DNA of 64,000 bases from Candidatus Dormiibacterota bacterium. Its GTDB lineage: Bacteria; Chloroflexota; Dormibacteria; CF-121. The notes beneath the pieces were generated by a model. The model ran no database searches and was not told the DNA's origin. It worked only from the letters and a program-made list of their open reading frames with translations. Shown here piece after piece: positions 8,910 through 18,263 of the stretch (positions are counted from its first letter, which is position 1; every line of letters begins with the position of its first letter). A program made the translations under genes and the position numbers. Location of the stretch: contig DASYVR010000042.1 of the NCBI GenBank assembly GCA_035936995.1, forward strand, positions 8,039 through 72,038, given 5' to 3'.

Positions 8910-10163
8910 TTGATTTTCCTCAGCGACTTCCTCAACGCTGAGGTCGTCGACGTTCGACAGCATCGCATCGGAAGGGTGCGAGATCTTGTGGTGCAGATGA
9001 CCGAACCGTTTCCGCGCGTCACCGGCGTTATCTTGAAGAACAACCGAAAGGTGCGCTCCATCGACTGGTCGGTCGTGCGCAGCTGGGACAACAAGGAGCT
9101 GAGCCTCAAGGTCGACGAGCCCAGCCTGCAGGCGCACCCTCGTGCCGATTCCGAGCTCTGGCTCTCGCGCCAGATTCTTGACAAGCAGATCGTCGACATG
9201 GACGGCCGCCGGGTCGTGAGGGTCAACGACCTGCAGCTCTCGCAGATCGACGGGTCGATGTTGCTGGTGGGGGTCGACGTTGGCAGTCGTGGCCTGGCGA
9301 GACGGGTCGGCCTGGAGGGGCTTGGGCGGCGGTTCGCCTCAACCCTCCACCTGGACTGGCCCCAAAAGCTCATCTCCTGGGAAGCGGTTGACCCAGTCCG
9401 CAGTGACGTTAGCTCGGTCAAGCTCCGGATCGCTCACACCAAGCTGGCGAAGCTGCACCCGGCGGACATCGCCGACATCGTCCACGAGCTCAGCCCGGAT
9501 GACCGAAGCGCGGTCTTCGCTGCCCTCAGCGATGAGAAGGCGGCGGACACGCTCGAAGAGATCGACGAGACGCACATGCAGGCCTCGATCCTCGAGCGGC
9601 TCGACGTCGAGCGCGCTTCGGACATCCTTGAGGCAATGGCGCCGGATGAGGTCGCCGACCTGCTGGCCGACATGCCCCAAGAGCGCGCCCAGCAGTTGCT
9701 GCAAAAAATGGAGGAGGATGAGGCGGAAGACGTTGAGGAGCTGCTCGCGTATCGGGAGGACACCGCTGGTGGCCTGATGACGACGGAGTACGTGGCCGTC
9801 CTCCATACGCTGACCGCCGCTGAGGCGATCGACCGGCTCCGCGAGCTCGAGCCGGATGCCGCGAATGTGTACTACGTCTATGTGATTGACGACGAGGAGC
9901 ACCTCCTGGGTGTACTCTCCCTCCGCGACCTGATCGTCGCCAAGCCCGAGACCAAGATCCGCGATTTCATGATCAAGAACGTGATCTCTGTTGGAGTCGA
10001 TGCCGGCCCGCGCGAGGTGGCAGAGGTCACCGCCAAGTACAACCTGCTGGCGGTGCCCGTTGTCGACCAGCACAATCGGATCCAGGGCATCGTGACCGTC
10101 GACGACGTGATGGAGCGCGTCATGCCCGCACGAGCCGGCGGGCGCCGCCGGCGGATCTTCTAA
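8910..10163 (+). CDS. Soluble PRC-barrel + MgtE-N + CBS-pair protein (MgtE cytoplasmic module without a pore domain)
   Basis: The N-terminus has PRC-barrel-like repeats (AEVVDVRQHRIGRVRDLVV; KQIVDMDGRRVVRVNDLQL). Next comes an acidic MgtE-N helical region (LHPADIADIVHEL...LADMPQERAQQLL), then two CBS motifs (YYVYVIDDEEHLLGVLSLRDL; LLAVPVVDQHNRIQGIVTVDDV). There is no TM segment. The TTG start lies 3 nt after the fabF stop. Confidence 0.85.
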   Translation: MIFLSDFLNAEVVDVRQHRIGRVRDLVVQMTEPFPRVTGVILKNNRKVRSIDWSVVRSWDNKELSLKVDEPSLQAHPRADSELWLSRQILDKQIVDMDGRRVVRVNDLQLSQIDGSMLLVGVDVGSRGLARRVGLEGLGRRFASTLHLDWPQKLISWEAVDPVRSDVSSVKLRIAHTKLAKLHPADIADIVHELSPDDRSAVFAALSDEKAADTLEEIDETHMQASILERLDVERASDILEAMAPDEVADLLADMPQERAQQLLQKMEEDEAEDVEELLAYREDTAGGLMTTEYVAVLHTLTAAEAIDRLRELEPDAANVYYVYVIDDEEHLLGVLSLRDLIVAKPETKIRDFMIKNVISVGVDAGPREVAEVTAKYNLLAVPVVDQHNRIQGIVTVDDVMERVMPARAGGRRRRIF

Positions 10164-10169
10164 AAACCG

Positions 10170-11474
10170 TTGGCGCAACCGAAGGCGCTGGAGCGGTCGC
10201 TCGGAGCCCTTCGGAGCCGGCGGGTTCGGTTCCTCATGCTGCTCTCCGTCGTCGGCCCGGGGATCATCACCGGTACGGTCGACAACGACGCCACCGGAAT
10301 CACCGGATACGCCCTGGCCGGGTCACAGTTTGGCTACGACCTGCTGTGGCTATTGATCGTCACCGCCATTTGTCTCGCCGCCATCCAGGAAATGGTCGCC
10401 CGCATGGGGACGGTGACCGGCAAGGGACTCTCCGACCTGATTCGCGAACGCTTCGGGGTGGCACCGACGGTCTGGGTGATGGTGCTGCTCTTCGTCGCCA
10501 ACGCCGCGACGACGGTGGCGGAGTTCGCCGGCATCGCTGGCGCCTCGCAACTTCTGTTCGGCGACTTGGCCCGCTACATTGCGATCCCACTGGCGGCCGT
10601 GTTCGTCTGGTTCCTCGTGCTGCGGGGTTCGTTTCGGCTAGTCGAACGTCTGCTGCTGATCCTCAGCCTCGTGTTCGTGTCATATATCGTGTCGGCCGTC
10701 CTGGCTCATCCCAAGTGGGGCGACGTTCTCCACCACACCGTCGTACCTACGTTTCACCTCACGGCACCCTTCCTCTTGATCTTCATCACCATCGTCGGCA
10801 CCACGATCACCCCGTGGATGGCGTTCTTTCAACAGTCCAATGTGGCCGATAAAGGCCTCCATCCGAGCGAGCTGCGCTTCGAACGCATCGATACCTATAC
10901 CGGGATCCTCGCATTGAATGTGGTGGCCTTCTTCATCATCGTGGCGACGGGTGCCACGGTGTTTGTCCACCACGTTCACGTCGACCCATCGGATCCCTCG
11001 GCGTTTGCCAAGATCGCACTGGCACTGAAGCCGCTGGCCGGCCAGTACGCGGAGCAACTCTTCGCGATCGGACTGCTCAACGCCTCACTGATGGCGGCAT
11101 CCGTGCTTCCCCTCTCGACCACCTACGCCATCACCGAGGCGTTTGGCTGGGAGCGAGGCATCGACAAGTCGTTCGCCGAGGCGCCGGCTTTCTTGACGAT
11201 CTACACGACGATGATCGTGTTGGGGGCCGCTATCGCAATGTTCCCGGGTGCTCCTCTCGCGCTGATCACGAACCTTCCGAACGTCGTCAACGGACTGATG
11301 CTGCCGCTGCTCTTACCGATCTTGATGTTGCTGGCGAACGACAAGCGCGTCATGGGGCGTTACGCGAATACGCCGCTCTTCAATATCTTCAGTGGGATCG
11401 TCTTCATCTTTTTGTCACTTGTGACGCTGGCGTTTCTTGCCTCGTTCTTCTTCCCAGGCCTATTCCGCAGTTAG
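10170..11474 (+). CDS. NRAMP/SLC11-family permease with non-canonical metal-site residues
   Basis: 434 aa, about 11 TM helices. GPGIITGTVDNDATGITGYALAGSQFGYDLLW aligns with the Nramp TM1 DPGN region, and VGTTITPWMAFFQQS aligns with the TM6 MPH region. Confidence 0.9.
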   Translation: MAQPKALERSLGALRSRRVRFLMLLSVVGPGIITGTVDNDATGITGYALAGSQFGYDLLWLLIVTAICLAAIQEMVARMGTVTGKGLSDLIRERFGVAPTVWVMVLLFVANAATTVAEFAGIAGASQLLFGDLARYIAIPLAAVFVWFLVLRGSFRLVERLLLILSLVFVSYIVSAVLAHPKWGDVLHHTVVPTFHLTAPFLLIFITIVGTTITPWMAFFQQSNVADKGLHPSELRFERIDTYTGILALNVVAFFIIVATGATVFVHHVHVDPSDPSAFAKIALALKPLAGQYAEQLFAIGLLNASLMAASVLPLSTTYAITEAFGWERGIDKSFAEAPAFLTIYTTMIVLGAAIAMFPGAPLALITNLPNVVNGLMLPLLLPILMLLANDKRVMGRYANTPLFNIFSGIVFIFLSLVTLAFLASFFFPGLFRS

Positions 11475-11993
11475 CTGACGATCTGCCTCCTGACGGAACG
11501 CGGCTTCCGCATCCCCACCAAAGAGCACGAACCGGACCTCCTCCACGGATGTCGGACGGCGACTGTACTCGATCACCTCGCCAAGCATGATCCGTGCGCA
11601 TTCATCCAGTGGGAAGCGGGCGATGCCGGTGCCCACAGCCGGGAAGGCGATCGACCGCAGGCCGCGCTCGCTGGCGATCTCGAGGCTGCGGCGGGTCGAG
11701 CGGCGCAGGCTGTCCGCGCTGGTCCATCCACCCAACCGCATGCTCGCCGCGTGGATGACGAAGCGGGCCTTGAGCTGGCCGCCGCCGGTGATGGCGGCGT
11801 CGCCGATCTCGACCGGGCCGATCCTGCGGCACTCCGCCTGAATCGCCGGACCGCCGGCCCGGGCGATCGCTCCCGCCACACCTCCGCCCAGTAACAGGTC
11901 GTTGTTGGCGGCGTTGACGATGGCGTCGACATCCTGTTGTGTCAGATCGCCCTGTAGGACCTCAACGGTCAGGCCGTTGGCCCGCCACCTCAC
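11460..11993 (-). CDS. Macro-domain protein (ADP-ribose / O-acetyl-ADP-ribose processing)
   Basis: VDAIVNAANNDLLLGGGVAGAIARAGG and FPAVGTGIARFP motifs. Confidence 0.9.
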   Translation of the reverse strand: MRWRANGLTVEVLQGDLTQQDVDAIVNAANNDLLLGGGVAGAIARAGGPAIQAECRRIGPVEIGDAAITGGGQLKARFVIHAASMRLGGWTSADSLRRSTRRSLEIASERGLRSIAFPAVGTGIARFPLDECARIMLGEVIEYSRRPTSVEEVRFVLFGGDAEAAFRQEADRQLTAE

Positions 11994-12919
11994 CGTGTCT
12001 TGGACGGAAGCCAGGCCATCGACGCCATCCGCGCCTCGACGTCGGCGCGGGTGATGGGCTGCAGGCCTCGCACGCTGAACTGCTGAATCGTGAAAGACGC
12101 CATCACCATGGCGTAGGCGAGCGCCAGCCGCACGGTATCGTCGTTTTCCACCTGCTGCTCGGCAAGGCAGCCGAGGAATCCAGCGGCCACCGCATCACCG
12201 GCGCCGGTCGGATCTGTTGGTGGATCCACCGGCAAGGCGGGGAGATGAATGTCATCGCCCTGGCGGTAGAGCGTGGCGCCCTTTGGCCCCTCCTTGATGA
12301 CGAGCCCGCGCAAACGGAAGCGATGGCGCAACTGCTCCGACACTTCCTCGATCCCATCGACGCGGGCCAGGGCCATCGCCTCCGAGGCGTTGAGGAAGAG
12401 GTAGTCGAGCCGTTGCAGCACCGGCTCGAGAGCATCGGGCGCTTCCCGGATGTAGAGCTTCATGGTGTCCCCGGCAACCAGCCAGGGGTCTTCCAGCTGA
12501 TCGAGTACGCGCATCTGGTGGCGCGGCTCCATGCTGCCGAGGAAGACGATCCTGGCCTTGCGCTGGTCGGCGGTGAGGACGGGGGTGAAGCCGCGGTAGG
12601 CGCCCTGGTCCGACCGCTCGTTTCGCGTGGTGCCGGTCTCGTAGTCGTGCTCGGCATGCCAGCGATAGGTTGGTAGCTGAGACAGCACGACGCTTCGCAG
12701 GTCGGCGCCGGTACCGCGCATGGCGTCCTGAAAGGCCGGCATGAAGTCTGGACCGGCGGTCCCGACCACCGACACCGGCGCGAACATCCGGGCGGCCAGG
12801 GTGAAGTAGGTGGCCGACCCACCCAGCCCATCGGCATTGGTGCCGAGCGGCGTGCGGACGTCATCCCGGGTGATGGTGCCGGCGACCAGCAGGGGCCACG
12901 GCTGTTTGGGGGGCGTCAC
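11990..12919 (-). CDS. PfkB-family carbohydrate kinase (ribokinase-like)
   Basis: C-terminal DPTGAGDAVAAGFL anion-hole motif and an N-terminal GG dipeptide region. A 4-nt overlap links it to the macro-domain gene. Confidence 0.9.
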   Translation of the reverse strand: MTPPKQPWPLLVAGTITRDDVRTPLGTNADGLGGSATYFTLAARMFAPVSVVGTAGPDFMPAFQDAMRGTGADLRSVVLSQLPTYRWHAEHDYETGTTRNERSDQGAYRGFTPVLTADQRKARIVFLGSMEPRHQMRVLDQLEDPWLVAGDTMKLYIREAPDALEPVLQRLDYLFLNASEAMALARVDGIEEVSEQLRHRFRLRGLVIKEGPKGATLYRQGDDIHLPALPVDPPTDPTGAGDAVAAGFLGCLAEQQVENDDTVRLALAYAMVMASFTIQQFSVRGLQPITRADVEARMASMAWLPSKTR

Positions 12920-12941
12920 GAGGCCCCAATTCTACGGAGGC

Positions 12942-13403
12942 TTAGACGGCGAGCAACTGCGGGTCGGGCCGAGCCAGTTCGCCCTCGACGGCCGCGATAA
13001 AGCGGCGGACTGCGGTCGGGTCGGTGAGCAGCCAGGCCTCTTGTGGATGGATGGGGTCGGGCCGACAGAGGACCGCCATCGCCGTGTCGTCGCCTATTAC
13101 CGCGCTGAACCAGACGTTGGCCAGCCAGCCCAGACCTGGATCTCGGCGGTCGGCTTCCTGGGGGAGCGGGGTCGTTTCCGGCGTCGTCACGACCGCCCGC
13201 CGGGCGCAGCGCAGTAACGCGACCTCCTGGTCCCACTCGGCGCGGACCGCCGCCGGATCGGGCCGGCCGAGGTAGACGGTATAGCGGCCCGGCCGCATCG
13301 TCGCCAGGCTCTCGACCACACGGCGGAGCAATGGCACCGTCGAGACATCGGTGACCGGACGGCTGCCAGGGGTGCCTTCGATCAGCGCTGCCATCTCGCC
13401 CAT
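12942..13403 (-). CDS. Hypothetical protein (153 aa), first gene of the pfkB-macro operon
   Basis: Long ORF with GC3-rich codon usage, 22 nt upstream of pfkB on the same strand. I recognise no motif. Confidence 0.5.
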   Translation of the reverse strand: MGEMAALIEGTPGSRPVTDVSTVPLLRRVVESLATMRPGRYTVYLGRPDPAAVRAEWDQEVALLRCARRAVVTTPETTPLPQEADRRDPGLGWLANVWFSAVIGDDTAMAVLCRPDPIHPQEAWLLTDPTAVRRFIAAVEGELARPDPQLLAV

Positions 13404-13466
13404 GAGCGCAGGCTAGCAGAAACGGCGGAGAAAAGCAAACATATGTTCGTAGGTGTAAACATGGGT

Positions 13467-13506
13467 CTCCCAGCAATTCTGGGGAGGGTCGGGGAGGGGT
13501 TAGGGG
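13467..13506. repeat. C-tract/G-tract element, copy g (G-rich half dominant)
   Basis: ctccc-agcaattct-GGGGAGGGtcGGGGAGGGGttaGGGG, lying between two minus-strand genes. Confidence 0.55.
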
Positions 13507-13847
13507 CGCCGGAACAGGGGAACGACGTTCGTCGGCCTACCGCGCCAGTGGACCCTCGCGGCCAGCATAAGGTCCTCCTGGGCCTCGAAAAGGACTTCCG
13601 CGGTCCGCTCCACCGAGCGGTCGATGCCGAGCTTCTCCGTGTAACCGCCGTCGAGCTGGCCGAGGAGCTGAACGATCCGTCGCCAGATCGGCGTCGGAAT
13701 CAGCTTGATCTCTCGCAAGCGGCATTCCTCCACCGCCCCCAGTAGCCGATCCGTCTCGCGCAGCTGATTGCGCGGCGTCGGGGCGGTCCGGCGCTGCCAG
13801 GCCCAGAAGCGATGCTGTGCGATCTCCAAAACGGTGCGCTCGATCAT
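13500..13847 (-). CDS. Hypothetical protein (115 aa)
   Basis: ORF with coding-like composition. No motif recognised. Confidence 0.45.
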   Translation of the reverse strand: MIERTVLEIAQHRFWAWQRRTAPTPRNQLRETDRLLGAVEECRLREIKLIPTPIWRRIVQLLGQLDGGYTEKLGIDRSVERTAEVLFEAQEDLMLAARVHWRGRPTNVVPLFRRP

Positions 13848-13874
13848 GACCTAAGCAGCCATGATAATCCCGGT

Positions 13875-14423
13875 ATGGAGGAACGGGTCGGGAGCCAGGA
13901 GGTCTACGCCGGCAAACTCTTCCAGGTCTTCAAGGACCGCGTCCGCTTGCCCGATGGACATCTCACCACGCGGGAGATCGTCCGCCACCCAGGCTCGGTC
14001 GGCATCATCCCGCGCCATGCCGATGGCCGGATCGTGCTGGTGCGCCAGTTCCGGTACGTGGCGGGTCGGGAGTTATGGGAGATCCCGGCGGGCACCCTCG
14101 ACAAACCGGGGGAGGGAATCCCGGAGGCGGCGCGGCGCGAGCTGGCTGAGGAAGCCGGACTCAAGGCGAAGCGCTGGACCACGCTTGGTAGCGCCTACCT
14201 GATGCCGGGCTACTGCGATGAGCTAATGACCTTCTTCCTCGCCGAGGACCTGTCACCGACCGAGGCCCAGGCCGAGCTCGACGAATCCTTCATGGTCAAT
14301 CCGTTTGACCGGCATGACCTGCAGGTGCTGCGCTCGAGTGGCGAGCTGCAGGATGCGAAAACACTGCTCGGGCTGGCTTGGGCTGGCGTTCCACTCTGGG
14401 ACCTGCCCGGCCGCCGGTCATAA
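13875..14423 (+). CDS. NUDIX hydrolase (ADP-ribose pyrophosphatase-like)
   Basis: Nudix box GTLDKPGEGIPEAARRELAEEAGL and an NudF-like N-terminus (VYAGKLFQVFKDRVRLPDG). I prefer the internal ATG at 13875. Confidence 0.9.
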   Translation: MEERVGSQEVYAGKLFQVFKDRVRLPDGHLTTREIVRHPGSVGIIPRHADGRIVLVRQFRYVAGRELWEIPAGTLDKPGEGIPEAARRELAEEAGLKAKRWTTLGSAYLMPGYCDELMTFFLAEDLSPTEAQAELDESFMVNPFDRHDLQVLRSSGELQDAKTLLGLAWAGVPLWDLPGRRS

Positions 14424-14427
14424 CCGG

Positions 14428-16518
14428 CTACTCTTGCTCTTCGCCGCCCTTCGCCTTCTGGTAGGCGGCGATCAGTGCCTGCGCCGCGTGCGCCGGCACC
14501 TCTTCGTAGTGCGAGAACCTCATCGTGTACCGGCCGCGGCCCTGGGTGATCGACCGCAGGTCGATCGGGAACCGGTACATCGATGACAGCGGGACCTGGG
14601 CCTTGACCTTCTCGATGTGATCGCCTGACGGCTCCATGCCGGCGATCTTGCCCCGCTTGCCGTTGAGATCGCTGATGACGTCGCCCATGTTTCGCTCCGG
14701 CACCAGGACTTCGACGTCCATGATCGGCTCGAGCAGGACCGGCTTCGCATCCATGACCGCCTGGCGCATTGCCATCGCACCGGCCAGCTTGAATGCGATG
14801 TCCTTGCCATCGACCTGATGGGTTGACCCGTCCAGCAGGCGAACCTTGATATCCACCAGCGGGTTGCCGGTCAGCACCCCTTGCTCCATCGTTTCCCGAA
14901 CGCCCCTTTCGACCGACGGTCGGAAGTTCTGCGGGATGGAGCCGCCAAAGATCTTGTCTTCCCAGACGAACCCGGTACCGCGCGGGACCGGGGCAATGTC
15001 GATGACGCAGTGGCCGTAGAGGCCGGCGCCGCCCGATTGTTTCTTGTACTTCTTCTCCGCCTTGGCGGTGCTGGTGATCGTTTCCTGGTACGGCACCCGC
15101 GGCACCGCCAGGATGCCCTCGACGCCGTATTTGCGTTTCATTTTCTCGAGCACGACGTCGAGATGGACATCCCCCATGCCGTGCACGATCGACTCTTTCG
15201 TGATCGGCTCGTGCTCCAGCGTCAGCGTTGGGTCCTCGTCGACCAGCTTGACCAGCGCCGCGTTGACCTTTTCCTCGTCGGCCTTGTTCTTGGCGGTGAC
15301 GGCGGCGCTATAGGTCTGTTCCGGGTATTGGATCGGCGGCAGCCGCAAGGGATGATCCCGGCTCGCCAGGGTGTCGCCGGTCGCCGCCGCCTGCAGCTTG
15401 CTGATGCCGGCGATGTCGCCCGCCACCACTTCGGTCGTCGGCTCCAGCGTCTTGCCCTTCGGATATCCGATCGCCCCCGGACGCTCGGGCTGATCCTTGG
15501 TCGCGTTCAGCAGCGGGGTTCCGGCCGTCAGCGTCCCCGAGACGACTTTGACGTAGCTGATCCGGCCGACGAACGGGTCGGCGGTCGTCTTGAACACCAG
15601 GGCCGCCAATGGCCGGGCCGGGTCGGCCGTGACCGTCTCGGGTTGGTCGGTACGCGGATTGACAGCTTCGACGGGCGGGGCCTGCTTGGGCGAGGGCAGC
15701 AGCGCGACGATAGCGTCGAGGAGGCTCCCGATCCCGATCGACTTGCCGGCCGCGGCGCACAGCACCGGCACGATCGCCCCGGCAGCCACGCCTTTGGCAA
15801 GCGCAGCGGTCACCTCGGCATCACTCAACTCGCCGCTTTCCAGGTACTTTTCCAGCAGCGCATCATCGGTCTCCGCCGCTGCCTCGACGAGCGGTGACCG
15901 GCGCGATTCGACCTCGGCGGCGAGCTCGCTTGGAAGCGGAACCTCCCTTGCCCGCCCCTGCTGATCGAATTCGTACGCTTTGCGCGTCAGCAGGTCGACG
16001 ATTCCCTTGAAGCCGGCCTCGTAGCCCACGGGCGCCTGGATCGAGACCGGACGCGGACTGAACTCCTTGAAGCTGTCGACCACTCTCCAGTAGTCGGCGT
16101 TCTCCTTGTCCATCTTGTTGACGACGACCAGGGTCGGCAGGTTGCGATCCCGCAGCTGCTGCCAGGCTAGTTCGGTGCCGACAATAACGCCGGTACTCGC
16201 GCCCACCACCAACAGCGCGCCCTCGGCCGCGCGCAGGGCCCCGACGACCTCGCCGGTGAAGTCCTGGAATCCCGGCGCATCGAGAAGGTTGACCTTGTGC
16301 TCACGCCAGGTCAGGTGCGCGATGGCGGTCCCGATCGAGATCTTCCGCTTGACCTCCTCCGGCTCGAAGTCGAAGGTGGAGTTACCCGCATCCGGACGTC
16401 CCAGCCGGTCGACCGTCCCGCCGGCGTAGAGCATGGCTTCGGCCAGGCTCGTCTTGCCGTCGTGGCTATGACCGAGCAAGGCAACGTTACGGATTCTCTC
16501 CGGGTCGACTCTGGCCAT
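14428..16518 (-). CDS. Elongation factor G paralog (EF-G2-like GTPase)
   Basis: 696 aa with G1 GHSHDGKTS, DAPGFQDF and NKMD motifs, and EF-G domains II-V recognisable. It is not in a str operon context. Confidence 0.9.
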   Translation of the reverse strand: MARVDPERIRNVALLGHSHDGKTSLAEAMLYAGGTVDRLGRPDAGNSTFDFEPEEVKRKISIGTAIAHLTWREHKVNLLDAPGFQDFTGEVVGALRAAEGALLVVGASTGVIVGTELAWQQLRDRNLPTLVVVNKMDKENADYWRVVDSFKEFSPRPVSIQAPVGYEAGFKGIVDLLTRKAYEFDQQGRAREVPLPSELAAEVESRRSPLVEAAAETDDALLEKYLESGELSDAEVTAALAKGVAAGAIVPVLCAAAGKSIGIGSLLDAIVALLPSPKQAPPVEAVNPRTDQPETVTADPARPLAALVFKTTADPFVGRISYVKVVSGTLTAGTPLLNATKDQPERPGAIGYPKGKTLEPTTEVVAGDIAGISKLQAAATGDTLASRDHPLRLPPIQYPEQTYSAAVTAKNKADEEKVNAALVKLVDEDPTLTLEHEPITKESIVHGMGDVHLDVVLEKMKRKYGVEGILAVPRVPYQETITSTAKAEKKYKKQSGGAGLYGHCVIDIAPVPRGTGFVWEDKIFGGSIPQNFRPSVERGVRETMEQGVLTGNPLVDIKVRLLDGSTHQVDGKDIAFKLAGAMAMRQAVMDAKPVLLEPIMDVEVLVPERNMGDVISDLNGKRGKIAGMEPSGDHIEKVKAQVPLSSMYRFPIDLRSITQGRGRYTMRFSHYEEVPAHAAQALIAAYQKAKGGEEQE

Positions 16519-16562
16519 CGCTTCTCCCTCTGCAAAGAGAGTCTAAATCGGAACAGCGTCCC

Positions 16563-17834
16563 TTAGTCGATCGGCGCCAGGGGAATGATCTCGACGGGCA
16601 TTCCCGCCGCGACCTCACTCGTCCCCTGTGGGACGACGAGCAGACAATTGGCATCAGCCATCGAGCGGAGCACATGCGAGCCCTGGTCACCGGTCAGGCG
16701 CACGACGATCCGGCCACCGTCGCGCCGCGCGATGGCGCGGAAGTACTGTTCGAGGTGCGGGGGGTTCTGCAAGGACTCGTCGGTGATCGCCGTCAGCCGT
16801 GGTCGTTCGAGGTCCGTGCGTCCCTGCAGTTTGAGGATGGCTGGCCGAACGAAGAGCTCGAACCCCACCAGGGTGGACACCGGGTTGCCAGGCAGCCCGA
16901 TCAGCGGCACGCCGCCGACGCTGGCGAACACGAGCGGCTTGCCCGGACGCAGCGCAACCTGCCAGAAATCGACTGCCTCACGTTCCTCGAGCAGGCCCCG
17001 GACCAGGTCGTAGGCGCCCATCGATACGCCGCCGGTTGTAACCACGAGATCGGTTCCGCCTGCGGCTCCCAGTCGATCGATGAGATCGCCACGCTCGTCG
17101 CGCGCCACGCCGGCATCGATGACGATTCCGCCCGCGTCTTCGACGGCGGCGAGCAGCGTGTAGCGGTTGGTGTTCGTAATCTGGCCGGGCCCCAGCGCCT
17201 CACCTGGCTCGCGCAGCTCGTCGCCGGTGGTCAACACCAGCACCCGCGGCCGGCGGATGCAACGCACACGCATTCGACCGGCCGAGGCCAGCACGCCGAT
17301 CACCCCCGGCGTCATGACATGCCCGGCAGCCGCCACCAGGTCGCCGCGGCGAAGATCGCTGCCGGCGGCCCGCAGACTGGTGCCAGCTGCGACGGCGACC
17401 CGCACCTCGACCGTGCCATCGTGCTCGGTGGTGTCTTCAACGCGCACCACCGCGTCCGATCCCTCGGGGACCATGGCACCGGTCATGATGCGCAGCGCGC
17501 TCTGCGCCTGCACGCCGGCCGGGGGCGCGGCGCCGGCACGGATTTCGCCGAGCACTCGCAGCCGGACTGGTTGTGCTGCCGACGCCTCTGCCACATCGAC
17601 CGCTCGGACCGCGTACCCGTCCATGGCCGAATTGGCAAACGGGGGAACGTCCCGTTCGGAGCGAACCGTCTCGGCCAGGACGCGACCTCGGGCCTGGGTC
17701 AACGCAATCTCTTCACTGCCGAGCGCGGTGATCCGCTCGAGGATCCGCTCGCGGGCTTGGGCGACCGTTAGTAACGGCCGCGGTTCACGATTACCGATCG
17801 TTCCAGTGACTGTTTTCGAACTCGGGTCCGCCAC
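16563..17834 (-). CDS. moeA: Molybdopterin molybdenumtransferase
   Basis: MoeA hallmarks: PPFANSAMDGYAV, TTGGVSMGAYD and PGNPVS. Confidence 0.9.
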   Translation of the reverse strand: MADPSSKTVTGTIGNREPRPLLTVAQARERILERITALGSEEIALTQARGRVLAETVRSERDVPPFANSAMDGYAVRAVDVAEASAAQPVRLRVLGEIRAGAAPPAGVQAQSALRIMTGAMVPEGSDAVVRVEDTTEHDGTVEVRVAVAAGTSLRAAGSDLRRGDLVAAAGHVMTPGVIGVLASAGRMRVRCIRRPRVLVLTTGDELREPGEALGPGQITNTNRYTLLAAVEDAGGIVIDAGVARDERGDLIDRLGAAGGTDLVVTTGGVSMGAYDLVRGLLEEREAVDFWQVALRPGKPLVFASVGGVPLIGLPGNPVSTLVGFELFVRPAILKLQGRTDLERPRLTAITDESLQNPPHLEQYFRAIARRDGGRIVVRLTGDQGSHVLRSMADANCLLVVPQGTSEVAAGMPVEIIPLAPID

Positions 17835-18102
17835 CCTCGCCGTCGGTCACGACATTCTGGTGGAATCTCGCGGCGACCATCTGGTAGGCCATGGCGCGCG
17901 GGATACCAAGCTTGGTCAGGCCCTTGACCTCATCGGCCATGACCTTGTCGCGTGCGGCTTCGATGGCGGCGATCACATCGTCGATCGCGGTGCGGGCCTT
18001 GATGGCACCGCTCCCTCCGTTTTCGGCGGCGGTCTCCGAGGGCACCTCAGCTTGAGGTTCCTTGGTTACCTTCGCCTTTCCGTCTTTCGTTTCTTTTGCC
18101 AT
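17791..18102 (-). CDS. Hypothetical protein (103 aa)
   Basis: GC3-rich ORF upstream of moeA, overlapping moeA's annotated start by 44 nt. No motif recognised. Confidence 0.5.
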   Translation of the reverse strand: MAKETKDGKAKVTKEPQAEVPSETAAENGGSGAIKARTAIDDVIAAIEAARDKVMADEVKGLTKLGIPRAMAYQMVAARFHQNVVTDGEGGGPEFENSHWNDR

Positions 18103-18263
18103 TGAAATGCTTCACCTTACCAACTGAAGTCGCGTTCAGGCGGACACCCGTAGCCCGGCCGCCCCGCCCGTAGCTTGTACCCGTTCCATCGTCAACAGAA
18201 ACGTTTCCCTGGCCACGGCCATGATCGCGGATTCGCCGCCGAGCCGGTCGGAGATTCGCCGAA

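Noticed and set aside
14428-16518. EF-G paralog outside the str operon as something unusual
   Set aside because: Second EF-G copies (EF-G2-like) are common in many phyla. All GTPase motifs are intact and the context is unremarkable.
18103-18263. Possible Moco riboswitch upstream of the hyp-moeA transcription unit (minus strand)
   Set aside because: The region is GC-rich and contains a CTCCGACC stretch faintly reminiscent of the Moco motif. I cannot reconstruct the conserved helices by eye. A cmscan with the Moco RNA model would decide.
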